Shown here: piece after piece, positions 51,901 through 63,606 of the stretch
How the letters are laid out: each line of letters begins with the position of its first letter
How positions within the stretch are numbered: position 1 is the first letter of the stretch
From: Lingula anatina
Lineage: Eukaryota > Animalia > Brachiopoda
DNA: 64,000 nucleotides
Direction of reading: 5' to 3'
Assembly: GCA_051362555.1 (NCBI GenBank)
Contig: CM120641.1
Coordinates: 1,674,001 to 1,738,000 of the forward strand
The notes under the pieces: model-generated
Told to the model about the DNA's origin: nothing
Database searches by the model: none
The model's input: the letters and a program-made list of their open reading frames with translations, nothing else
Program-made: the position numbers and the translations under genes

Positions 51901-54189
51901 AAGTGACCAGTTGCTATACAGTAACTCCATAGAGATTTTATTTCGTGTCGACCAAAAAAGTTAGGACATTTTACATTTCGATCTTTTGCAGCGGATGGCA
52001 AGCATCTTATGGCTTTACTTCCCAGTTTTTACATTATCTACTGTTCATTTTGCAAAGTGGTTAAAAGGGGCCCTTTTAACCACTTGACAGAAAACTACAT
52101 TAGCACGTGGCAAATCTGTGCAGTCTGCGTGTTCGATCTTTGCAGGGTTGTCATTCTCAATTACTGCTCATTTTCATAACGTTCTGGTTACAGGGACATG
52201 CCCATCTCCACCAAAACTTAATAACACCAACCTGTTATCTTCGCCGAGTGCCACGTATGTTGAAGGCAAGACGGTCACTTACCGATGCCAGAAAGGATAC
52301 CAGCACTCTAAAGACCCAGCGGAAAACCATCTGATGACTTGTTCTGACAGTGGTGTGTGGAAAGGATCAACATTTATTTGCAAACGTAAGTTGGCAGGAT
52401 TCGAACTGATAATGTGTGTTAAAATGTTATAACGCCATTTGTAGTTTGATGACTGTCGTCAACCGGACTATATTACATGTATACCCTTAGCAAAATGAAA
52501 AGTTTGTCGGAATATTGCAACAGTATTGCAGCAAATTCGCTGCAAACTGTAAGTTTGCTGAAACGAGATTGCATGAGTTTGCAAGAAAAAAAATAGTTGC
52601 TGCTAATTTACAGCCATAATGCAGCAAATTTGAAAGAAGGAATTGCAGTTTGCATTTATATTGCAGCAAATTTGCTGCAACAGGTCTAATGTTTTTCTAA
52701 GGGTTGTTGTCTCTGTTCAATCGCTTTTGTGTTAGACCTAGCACTTCGGACGCATGAAATTTACGAACTCCAGGTAGAATCAAATATTGGTTGTACTACG
52801 TTTACTGTGAAATATTTTGGTTTCAGTTATTGTGGAATGTTATAGAAAATTTCTATCATTCTACAGGTACTTGTACACCCCCACCAAGTGTCCAGAACAC
52901 CAACGTTGTGATGCCGGTGTTACCAATTGTAGAGGGCAGCAGTGCATACTACATTTGTAAAGGCAACTCCGTGCAAGCTGGTGGTTCCTCTATCAAAACC
53001 TGCGTCGGAGGCAGTTGGAAGGGAGTTGATATCATCTGTGAAAGTAAGCCTATGTTTTGTTTTTATTTGTTGTCTAATTGTATTCAGATATGAAATTTGA
53101 AAAAAAATAATAATTGAAAAATCTATTAAATTCGAATGATTTCATTGTCTGGGAGGGTCTGGTTCGTGTCCCGTTTCACAGCCTTTTTTAATCATTGGAC
53201 AAACTGATAAACCATTTCTCTAAAAAACCTTTATGTATTCCTCCAGGTGAAGAACTATATATTATGACAAACGCAGTGTTTTAAAACTGCATGGCAGTTT
53301 GGAATTGTAGTATCTTAGTTACTGGGTATGATAAACCGCCCAACTGAAAAACTCAATTTGATAAACAGCAATGATGTCCTAGTCATAGGAAAACACCAAA
53401 AGACAACTTACATTTCTATGGGCAACTCCAGACGATGAGGCACATGTGGGTTACACTGTTTCAAAATGTATTCCACTTTTTTCATTGAATTTTTAATTTT
53501 AATTTAAGTTTTGTTTCATTATCTTACTTTTTTGTATTTCAACCTATTGTGTTACAGAGTTCTGCAGCGGGTTGCCATATGCTGAAAATGCAGACACCTT
53601 GATAGATCATTTCCCTGATGGGAAACTAAAAGAGGGTGCTCGAATCATCCATCGTTGCAAGATAGGCTACATTAAGGCTGAGGGTGACGATACAAGAACA
53701 TGTACTAATGGCACGTGGTCAGGAAAAACTTTCAAGTGTGAAAGTAAGAATCAAAACGTGGCAATGCTTGTGGTAAACCTAATTTGGCGTTAAAATGTGT
53801 TTTCTAACTGTGAAAAGACGATGATAATCAGCCTTTCACCCTACTGTGTATTTTAGACCGGGAATATGCTAGATTATATTTCCAATCTGGTTGTAGAAAA
53901 CGTTGCTGTCAGATTCCAACAGAGGTAATGTATTCTTTATCGACACTGTGTCATTTGACTCTCCTAAAACTTGACAAGTTTTGGCAAACTGATCATCCCT
54001 TTCTGTCTGTATGTCTGTTTTTATTTTATCCTATATTCTATAGTGATTACCACCCGTGTGACGTCACCCAAACCGGTGTCTACGGCCCAGATGAAGACGA
54101 CTACGACACCTAAGACTGTAGAGACCACGGACACGGGATCGGGAGCCATTGAAAACGACGTACTGGTGGAAGAGTACCTTTTGGGTTGA
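40940..54189 (+). CDS. Secreted multi-sushi (CCP/SCR) protein: signal peptide + 2 beta-defensin-like Cys modules + 18 sushi domains + Thr-rich tail, ~1,320 aa, 23 exons
   Basis: Exons: 40940-41000 (MGGLVRTALYACGVLLLVNF), 41556-41777, 42233-42364, 43065-43100; sushi exons 43796-43999(A), 44142-44327(B), 44794-44991(A), 45134-45319(B), 45702-45887(B), 46441-46626(B), 46900-47085(B), 47552-47755(A), 47898-48083(B), 48419-48604(B), 49122-49307(B), 50086-50253, 50692-50865, 51099-51278, 51632-51826, 52194-52385, 52867-53043, 53558-53743; last exon 54044-54189. Each sushi exon fits C-x2-P..Y-x-C..C..W..C. All introns are phase 1. AATAAA at 54245. No transmembrane segment is seen. Confidence 0.85.
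41794..41893. mobile_element. ~100-bp palindromic MITE (GCAAACACA..AACGTT type) in intron 2 of the sushi gene
   Basis: gcaaacacagaacgtt / aacgttatgtgtttgc inverted ends; internal ATAACGTT repeats. Confidence 0.55.
43468..49320 (+). repeat. Intragenic tandem duplication array of sushi exon-intron units (order A B A B B B B A B B B)
   Basis: Near-identical introns and exons. ~1.0-kb A-B unit (43796 to 44794) and ~2.76-kb higher-order unit (44142 to 46900; 44794 to 47552). Confidence 0.92.
52484..52703. mobile_element. CCCTTAGCAAAA-ended MITE rich in GCAGCAAATTTGC; relatives at 49946-50062, ~45505-45640 and ~48250-48357
   Basis: Inverted ends CCCTTAGCAAAA / TTTTTCTAAGGG; repeated tgcagcaaatttg motifs are shared by four intronic copies. 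Confidence 0.6.
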
Positions 54190-56381
54190 TTTTCAGAGAA
54201 GGACGCATTTCAGTAGTTTTATAGCAGCTGACAAACTGGAATTGAATAAAGAAGGACTGAATTCCATTTCCTTTGAAACGTCTGAGTAAATTCTGAAATT
54301 CACAAACTGCTCGCTATCCTTTCATCAGTCAACTGGATTAATGTCTAACGGTTTTACAAGAAATAACTGCTTAAATGTTGGGCTTGTATATACACTTACA
54401 ATTTTACTTTTAGGATCCTGGGATATATTTAGTTAATGCATATCGAGGAGATTTAGTGCATCATTTCAGTTTATTTTCATTGAAGTGTGTTCTCTGAATA
54501 AAACAGTGGTGTCGTAACGAAAACAATAACCCTGTAATAAAATACGTACAAGAATTAAGCTGGGAGGAATTTGATTTCATTTCGAGCAATTCCATTGGCC
54601 GGGAATATTGGATATCTCGTTTTTCACGTTTTCCAAAGTAAGCCACTTTGTAACGATCATCCATTTTCACACTTAAAAAAAAACATTTAGTTTCTGAACC
54701 ACCTTATAAGTGATGTGCTTTAAAAATTCCCGGAATATCCATCAAAACCAAGCATTTTTGAAGAATAAATGATTAATGTTCAACCACCTTTTATTTGTTA
54801 CTTTGTTGAAACAATACTCAATAAAGTATGAACATGGTGTCTGTAACTGCCCAGTTTAAAGATCAAATTATCAATGATTGTAACGGCAGCGAACGAGAAG
54901 AATTTTGTATACAGTGGACGAAGATAGTTCCTTTTTTTATTCAGAGTAGGCTTGTTAAGGACCAAAAATTGGCCAAACGCTGCATTTTGTAGTACAAATG
55001 TCTAACTTGGCATGTATGTTCCTTGGGCCAAAAGAAAATTTTTATCCGATGCATAAGTTAGCGTAACTAGCATAAATTATACAAATTAGGAACCAAAATA
55101 TAATATTTCATATTTCCATCAGTTTTTTTGCCTAAAACACGTATAGATTATCAAACCTAACTAAATTAGGGACAAGGAACCCATTTTTGACATTATGGAA
55201 ACAATTGGCGGCCGTTTTGTGAATCAGATTCAAGATGGCCGCCATCCACCATTTTGAAAGTGGACATAATTTTGCTATAGGCCTATTATGTTGATTTCTA
55301 AAGTGTTTGGCCTACTATACGCGTAATATATCGATTCTTACTAGTCATTTTGGATATTGTTTGGGTGATAGAAGGTGATTTGAAGGGACAAAGAGGGTGT
55401 TTTAAGTGAATTTCAAAATATATGTCAGAGAAGGCTGCAAAACCGTGGATATTGATAATGACCCCTATTCAAATTTATCTCAGTGCAATTTTTTTTTGGT
55501 TATATACCATCGATACTGGGCTAAATTAGGAGGAAGAAACTCATTTTTGCCATTATGGAGGCCATTGGTGGCCATTTTGTCCCTAAAATCTAAGATGGCC
55601 GCCAGATACCATTTTAAAATTGAGCATAATTCACCATATTGAAACTACACACATTGGACAATAGAAGTGTCACCCCTACTGAACCAATACTTTGGGGGTG
55701 ATAAATGACTGTGGAATGATATGCTCCTAGTATCATTTTATTAACATCAAATTTCACAAAAAGTCCAACAATACAATTCCATGGTACAGCGGTTTTATAC
55801 TCATTAGTCACATTATAAGTAGACCAGGCATTATAACTTTGATTACTCTGATTCAAGGGGTGACACTTCTATTGTCCAGTGTGTGTACATTTGTGAAAAT
55901 AGTTCAGCTTCCTTGTGTGGTGTTGTTAGACTGTCCAAAGTCCATAGCCAAAGCATTTAATCATGACCACTGTCTCTATAGTGAAGCTTCTGTTCCACAT
56001 ATATTTTTGTACATTCTGTCGTAGGAAACATTTTGTAAAGCAAGTCACCCAAAAGTTAAAGGTATTCCATGAGGGATCCTAGCACAGTTAGGACCTTGTG
56101 TAGCTGTTATAAAGTCGGGTGACATCATTTGTCCTTTAGGGTACTGACATTACCAGTTTGTTGATGCATCTCTGACTAAGACCAACCAACTCTTCAGCAA
56201 GAGCCTGCCTCAACCCATCCAGTGCTAGATATCAGTATTCCGTGGTCAACGATTTTCATGAAACGCTCTATGAGATTTATATCAGAAGAATAAACATTTC
56301 AGTCCAGTTTCTTAACGTCTTGCATAGTGAAAACCTTTTATTGCATCAATGAGAATAAAATTGGAGTCATTTGACACTCTA

Positions 56382-56759
56382 CCCAGCGGGCAAATTATGT
56401 TGTTTTAACGTTGAAACAACGTTGAACCATAACGTTGAGAAGACATTGGATAAACATTGGATTTGAAAGTTGTGTCAACCTCAGATAAGAACGTTGTATC
56501 AACGTCAGAAAACAATGTTATATCAACCCCACCCAGCGGGAAATTACAACGTACACAAATTATAACGTACACTGTAAAAACATCCAAGTGCCTGCTTTGT
56601 CTGAAATTTTCAACGCATTTAGCTCCTAAGCATGTTTTGCACCCAAGCATGGTACACCGTTTTAGCCTGGATGTGTTTAGCAGTAGGAAATGTTTGATGG
56701 CTAAATATATGTAGGGTATAAATGTATGTCCTTTAAGTTAAAATTTCCAAGGTTTAGAT

Positions 56760-56797
<38 letters not shown>

Positions 56798-57297
56798 CAA
56801 AGTCACAGTCACCTCAACCTGTCTATCTATAACAGGTTACGAAGAACTGTCAACTTTATTGACTTCACTCCATCACATTTACAGCAACTAATTCATCCTA
56901 GTGTTAGTTGACCTTGCAAGGAATTCAGTTTATTGGAATGTATTTCTGAATAACAAGTTAAGAAAATTCACTAGTTCACTAAAGACACAAAACAACTGTC
57001 ACTTTTACTTTAAAACCCTTTTGTTATTATTTTGATCAATTTAGTTTTAGTATTGATAAACAAAGTATCACGTTTTCAATTATTAATATTTTAAATTACA
57101 ATCCATAACTGCAAGGTTGTGTCAATGACCAAAATACAACGATGACCAAAATACAACGTTGAGTCAACGTCACAAGATGACGGTGTTTTGACGTGGCTGG
57201 ATCAACGTTGATTTTACGTTGAATTTAGGTAGATCAACGGCAATTCAACGTATCAACCTGTTTTCAACGTTGATCCAACGCGACTATGCCTGCTGGG
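56382..57297. mobile_element. CCCAGC...GCTGGG TIR element with TA duplication and CAACGTTG subterminal repeats (nested)
   Basis: ta|CCCAGCGGGCA ... TGCCTGCTGGG|ta; many aacgttg repeats near both ends. Confidence 0.68.
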
Positions 57298-57733
57298 TAG
57301 TCAGAGTCCAGCACTCCTTGACCCTTATGGAGTTAATTTGACTCCTTTATAAGGGTCAAATTAACCAGGGCTTTAGACTCTCTTATCAGAGTCAATCACC
57401 CCCTGGCTCTCATGGAGTAAATCTGACTCTAAAATCAGAGTCAAATTATCGGGGGCCAGTGTCTGGCTGACCCCTTTCACCGACTCGTTTCGCTCGCTGG
57501 ACAGTAAGCTTCGTTTCATTACTTGTGATGGCAGTGAGCAGACGGCGTGGAGAGAACAGTTTTCCTCTTGCTTTGTCAGTATAAACATTACTTAATTGGC
57601 CATAGTTGGTTTTATGCATGAACAAGTGGTTTTCTGTGTGTTTCTGCATGCAGAAGTCGTGCACTTAATTACATTGTATTACTGGCCCGGGCTTTCAGTT
57701 GCCACACCCTTTATGTGATATGTTGGTATACAG

Positions 57734-58265
57734 GGCCCGGTTGCACCAACCAGTCGTAAGTGAGGCGTAGCAGTTGCGCCGGCGTAAACCAGGCGCAAAT
57801 CGCTACGCCCGAGTTAAGCCATGGCCAGTTGCACCAAAGTAGAATAGTGTTAACGTCGGTCTTAACTTAGTCGTAAATTTACGCCTGCCAGCTAGTTGGT
57901 GTAAGTCGGTCGTAGCTCGTTTTGCACTATGGCTAGGCTGGCACAGAGAGAGTTTGATGACAATTATCGAAGTTAACGTAAAAAATGTGGGTTGTTATTA
58001 GTTAGCTTCTTACTCAAATCTTCCGTCTGTATAGCTTGGTTTTTAAAATATATATATATATAATTATAAGTGATTACTGAATACATTATATGTGTAGCCA
58101 TGTACATGTATATGCATAAGTTCAAATAAAATCTTACCACTCATGTAGGTACGTCTTGGCTCTCACCAGTACGGTTTCTTTATTTCTTTTTCTTTTCACA
58201 ATTTTTGACAAACCATAACCAAATATAGTCATTCTTTCTTCACATTTTCTATCATTTATATTTTG

Positions 58266-58353
<88 letters not shown>

Positions 58354-59069
58354 GAAAGCTTAAAATATCAACATTTTAAGGCTTATATAATGTGTATTAG
58401 GTCTCTTGTATTTCTTAATCTCCAAGATGTAAGCTCAATTGAATTAAATGATCTCTCACGGTGTAAGCATAGATAAGAAAGTCATGAAATTGTCGGCACT
58501 GTTGTAAAAATATAAAAAGAGAGCAATGTTGGCGTTTTTGCATTATTTTCAGACTCAAAAGTTTCAATAACAAATGTGAAGGTGTTCAAATCCATTAATA
58601 GAAATACGTACTGCCTCCAACGCGTTTTTCTCATTTACAACAGCATACTATAATAGCATACATAGCACACTATAATAATATTTTGATTCGGAATATATTT
58701 ACGATTTTATTGCTATATATCCAAGGCAACAGCAAAGTTAACGTATTTTAACGTTCTTATTTCTAAATCAAAATGGAATAATTTAGCTCATGAATTTCTC
58801 CGTCACTGAAATGCTCCTTTTGTGTTTATTTATGTCATCATTCCATTATGACTGCAGCTGAGAACTCCTCATTTGCCCAATTATACCATCCACGTATTGT
58901 TGGCCAGTGACGCAACAGAGCGTTACTCAGGCGTAGTTGCGACGATCAGTTTTTGTCTTGGTGCAACGGGCGTAAGCAGGGAGAGTAAACCTGGCGCAGG
59001 GACGCCAGGCGTTGCGGTTTACGACAGTCGTAGCCGAGTAAATTTACGCCCTGTTGGTGCAACCGGGCC
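57734..59069. mobile_element. Non-autonomous Harbinger-like element with CAG (CWG) target duplication (nested)
   Basis: Perfect 17-bp TIR GGCCCGGTTGCACCAAC / GTTGGTGCAACCGGGCC with CAG on both flanks. Internal second copies of the TIR core at ~57823 and ~58958; CGTAA/TTACG subterminal motifs. Confidence 0.8.
58267..58352 (+). repeat. (TA)n(GA)n microsatellite; a second (TA)n tract at 59148-59229
   Basis: Direct reading of the sequence. Confidence 0.9.
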
Positions 59070-59144
59070 CAGGTCAGCAGGTTTTGTTTCCAGGTTGTAG
59101 GTTTGACCCACCAATGCATGTCAGTGGAGAGGTATGCTCACTCA

Positions 59145-59210
<66 letters not shown>

Positions 59211-59287
59211 TATATATATATATATATATGTCATGCTGTTTATTACGAGGTTTATTAACTGTCTGTTATTGCTCTTTCGATACCAAA

Positions 59288-59360
59288 GTGACGGCATGGT
59301 CTAGTGGTTAAAGTGTCCGCCTCAGGAGCGGGAGGACGTGGGTTCGAGCCCGTCCGGGAA
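59288..59360 (+). mobile_element. tRNA-derived SINE head or tRNA pseudogene
   Basis: Pol III A box TGGTCTAGTGG (59297) and B box GGTTCGAGCCC (59341); anticodon-like arm TCCGC-CTCAGGA-GCGGG. The acceptor stem does not pair. Confidence 0.6.
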
Positions 59361-61246
59361 CGCAACAGTTTGAAGTAAATGATACTTGCAGTCTCTCCCC
59401 TTGGTACTGATATTGTCGGTTTTGTATATGATGTGCCAAGGAGTCAAAAATTCCTTAACATGGAATCTAGGTGACTCTTTTGTAGAGATAAATCAAGGAA
59501 TGAAGGGATGTGTGAGTGGAGTCAATTGTGACCCTCCTGTGGGGTCTGGGATGGCATTACCTCCATTGGAGTCAACTTGACTCCAATTGGGAGTTATTTT
59601 AGGCACCACTGCTGGACTCCAATTTTGGAGTCACTTGGACTCTGATTTTATTCTCAGTGATGGACAAGTGGGGAATTGTCATTTTGGAAAATAAATGGCC
59701 AAACTGCAATTTGCCTGCAGAGACCAGCATTTACCTTTTCATTAAGATCACCAAGTTCCTTTGACCCCTTAGTAAATGGTAGTTCAAACCACCAGCATAA
59801 CAGCAACAACACAACCTTTAGCAAGAATGATATTAAACCCAAACTTTGCCATCAACACCATGAAGAAAGAATCTTGTTTCATTAGAAAAACCAGGCATAC
59901 ATTCAATGACACAGTTGGTGGAAATGGAGTTGATAGCAGCAGTTCTTCCTCTATTTGGGCAAAGGAGATTTTCAGGACGTCCCCTTGACTTCAGGCCATG
60001 GCGCAGGAGTTTGCTGTTAAATGTTTCTCTGGAAACTGGAGATTAATATATATTGTTAATGTCTGTTCTTCATAGGACAGTGACCAAAGCTTAATTCTCG
60101 CTGGCTGTTGTCTTATTGGACTACCAGAGCTGATCATGCATGTTGCTTTCAGCAATGCTGCTGGGTGATTTTGCAGCCAGGGTCTGAAGCTATTTCAAAG
60201 CAAAGTCCAATTGCTCGTTTCTATCAGGCCACATTCACAAAACTTGCCTAGTTCCACAGGATTATAAGACGACACATTATAAATCACCCTTCAAATCTGC
60301 TGGACTATATTTAACATGCACATGCAAGCCTCAGTGACTGGGACATTAATTTACATGTGGGTTTTTGTTTCACATTGACAGTAAAAGATTAAAAATGTAA
60401 TATCACTATGTACATACTGTTTATTTGTGGGTAACTTTTAAATTATTTAATATCATTCAGTGGATGGTGACTTAAGAAAAATCTAGTCGATATATTTTAG
60501 CATGTGGTTCGGGATCCACGTTTTTTATTTTATTTTATTTTATTTTATTTATTATTATTTTTTGGTAACATACTCAACAAAATTCATCTTGGAATCTACT
60601 TTACAACCTTATATAACCTTTTTATTATCTTTTGTCACCAAACCAGCGCCTGAAATTACTTTTGTACTCCCAGAGTAGTACTAATTGACGTTTTAGGTCC
60701 CACAGTTCCAAAATTGTAAATTACGCCAAATTTCTAAAATAGCGACATGCAACCAACTTGGTTTTGATCAAAGTAATGGCCACACATTTTCCTCATGTGG
60801 TCAAAGATATAGTCTTTTGCTTAAATTCAGCAATTTTGTTTACTGACACTTGTTTTGTAGATCAGGTAAAATCCTTTAAATATGTTAAGAAACATAGTTT
60901 CTTACTAATTAGACTACTAATTGTACATAATCAACTCAAAAAAGCAAAATTATGTCCTCTTTCAAAATGGCGGATAGAGGCCATCTTAGATTTGAGGCAC
61001 AAAATGGTCGCCAATTGTTTCCACAATGTCCCTAATTTAATCAGGTTTGATAATCTATACATGTTTTAAGGAAAAAAACTGATGGAAATATGAAATATTA
61101 TAGTTTGGTACCTAATAAATGCTAATAAATGTATCGATAGAGCGTGTCTCTACGGATAAAAAAGTCCTTTGGGCCCAAGGAACATTCATGCCAAGTTAGA
61201 CATTTGTACTACAAAATGCAGCGTTTGACCCCTTAACAAGCTTACT

Positions 61247-61543
61247 AAAGTGTTTAGCCAAAGTGTTGTGCCTTGTAATAAACTTGTTATGGGATCATAC
61301 ACCAGTAAAGCTAATCATATAGCTAAACGTGCAACAGTAGTTATATAATCTAGTTATAGGATTGTAAATCGGTGAAATTAAACATATAGCTAAACGTGTA
61401 ACATTACTTAATATGTCTAGCATTTTCTTCTGTCGGAAGCTTGAAATGCTAAACGTGTTAACCTTTAACACGCATTTCTAAACGCGTTTAGGTGTAAAAC
61501 GTGTTTTATATGTGTTTAAATGCTAAACACGTTTTTTACAGTG
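61247..61543. mobile_element. CACTGTAAAAA-ended MITE fragment with GCTAAACG/TGTTTAGC repeats, present in only one arm of the inverted duplication
   Basis: Ends ...TTTTTTACAGTG|TA; interrupts arm homology at the position equivalent to ~54946. A related end CACTGTAAAAA is at 56569. Confidence 0.55.
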
Positions 61544-62133
61544 TATTTCTGAAGGAAAAAAGGAACAATCTTCCTGCATTGTACATAAAATTGTTCTTGT
61601 TCACTTCCGTTGCAATAATTTATCATTTCAGCGTTGGGCTGGGTAGTTACAGACGTCAGATGTATAGGTCCATGTTTACGCTTTATTGCATGTAACAAAG
61701 TAACAAATAAAATGTGGTTGAACATTAATCATTTATTCTTGAAAATCCTTGGTTTTGATGGATATTCCGATAACCATATCGAAGCTTTAAATTTTAAAGC
61801 ACATCACTTGTAAGGAGGCTCAGAAACTAAATGTTTTTTAAGTGTGAAAATGGATGATCGTTTTTAAGCTGCTTGCTTTCGATTGAAAAATCACAACAGC
61901 ATAATATTTGTATTAGTTATCCAACAATTTCGGCCAGTGGGATTGTTTGAAACAAAATCAAAATCCCCTTAGCTTAATTTGTATACATTTCTTATTACAG
62001 GGTTATTGTTTTCTTTACGACACCGCTGTTTTATTCAGAGAACATACGACAATGAAAATAAACTGAAATGACGCATATACAGTTTGTCATCTATTATAAA
62101 ACTGCTGAAAGGAATGCTACGTCCTTCTGAAAT

Positions 62134-63606
62134 TCAACCCTGAAGGTACTCCTCCACCAGTACGTCGTTTTCAGTGGCCCCCGATCCTGTGTCCGTGGTC
62201 TCTACAGTCTGAGGTGTCGTAGTCGTCTTCATCTGAGCCGTAGACGCCGGTTTGGGTGACGTCACACGGGTGGTATTCACTATGTGTCAAAAGGCACATC
62301 GTCGGTAAAGAATAAATTACATCTTTTGGAATTTGGAAGGAACGTTTTCTACTACCAGATTGAAAACATAATCAAGTATACTCACGGTCTAAAATACACT
62401 GAAAGGTGAAAGGCTAATTATCATCGACTTTGCAGAGTTAGATAATGCATGTTACGATAAATCAGGTTTAACACAAGCATTGCCGCGTTTGGCGAATATG
62501 TGTTTTGATTCTTACTTTCACACTTGAAAGTTTTTCCTGACCATGCGCCATTAGTACACGTTCTGGTATCGTCACCCTCGGCCTTCGTGTAGCCCGTCTT
62601 GCAACGATGGATGATTCGAGCACCATCTTTTAGTTTTCCGTCAGGGAAATGATCTATCAAGGTATCTGCATTTTCAGCATACGGCAACCCACTGCAGAAC
62701 TCTGTAACATTAGGTTGAAATGTAAATGAAGTAAGACAATGAAACAAAATATACATGTACCACTGTCTTTTTTTCAATTCTTGGAAGCCAGGGGGTGAAT
62801 TAAGGAATATGCATGCTGTGCAGTAAAGGTGTTTAAATGAACACATCAAGAAAAATAGACTGTAATACGCAAAAATTAAATTTTGACAAGGAATCTTGAT
62901 ATATACCAGTATGTACCTGCCAACCAATAACAGTCTGACTTTTGGCATAAAACAGTTTTTTCTTAATTAACGAAAAAGTAAATTACATTTGGAAACACTT
63001 TAACTTATGTGCCTCATCGTCTGGAGTTGCCCATAGAAACGTAAGTTGTTTTTTTTTTGGCGTTTCCTTATCATATGACTAGGGCGTCATTGCTGTTTAT
63101 CAAAATGTTCAATTGATGGCGTTTTTACGTTGGCGGTTTATCATACCCAGTAACTAAGATACTACAATACCAAACTGCCATGCAGCTTTAAAACTGTGCA
63201 TTTGTCAAAATATATAGTTCTTCACCTGGGATATACATGGAGGTCTTTTAGAGAAAGGGTTTATCAGTTTATAAAATGATAAAAAAAAACTGGGAAATAT
63301 TACACGAACCAGACCTCCCAGATTGTGGAATCATTCCAATTTAATCGATTATTCAATTATTTTCCATTTGATTATTTACAAATCCCATTCCTGAATAGTT
63401 AGACAACACTTGTAAAACAAACAGCCTACTTTCACAGATGATATCAACTCCCGTCCAACTGCCTCCGATGCACGTTTTGATAGAGGAACCACCAGCTTGT
63501 ACAGAGTTTCCTTTACAAATGTAGTATGCACTGCTGCCCTCTACAATTGGGAACACCGGCATCACAACGTTGGTGTTCTGGACACTTGGTGGGGGTGCAC
63601 ATGAAC
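62134..63606 (-). CDS. 3' part (two sushi exons + terminal Thr-rich exon) of an inverted paralog of the multi-sushi gene; 5' part presumably beyond the window
   Basis: Exons 63606-63430 (GSCAPPPSVQNTNVV..ICE), 62701-62516 (EFCSGLPYAENAD..FKCE) and 62279-62134 (NTTRVTSPKPAST..VEEYLQG*) have the same lengths (177, 186, 146 nt) as 52867-53043, 53558-53743 and 54044-54189. Frames are open and GT/AG sites are intact. Confidence 0.85.

Larger units (their letters stand above)
56347..59659. mobile_element. CACT-terminated (EnSpm/CACTA-like) non-autonomous element with GAGTCA/TGACTC subterminal repeats, carrying nested insertions
   Basis: Left end CAATGAGAATAAAATTGGAGTC matches the reverse complement of the right end, CACTGAGAATAAAATCAGAGTC; AT on both flanks. 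Dense GAGTC/GACTC repeats at 57300-57445 and 59440-59645. Confidence 0.65.

Noticed and set aside
40940-54189. Naming the sushi gene as CFH, CR1, SVEP1 or CSMD
   Set aside because: No vWA, EGF, pentraxin, CUB or TM domains, and the repeats are locally amplified; similarity to those proteins would only reflect generic CCP modules.
59288-59360. Functional tRNA-Leu(CAG)
   Set aside because: The acceptor stem does not pair, the T-stem is imperfect and there is no long variable arm; it is better explained as a SINE head or pseudogene.
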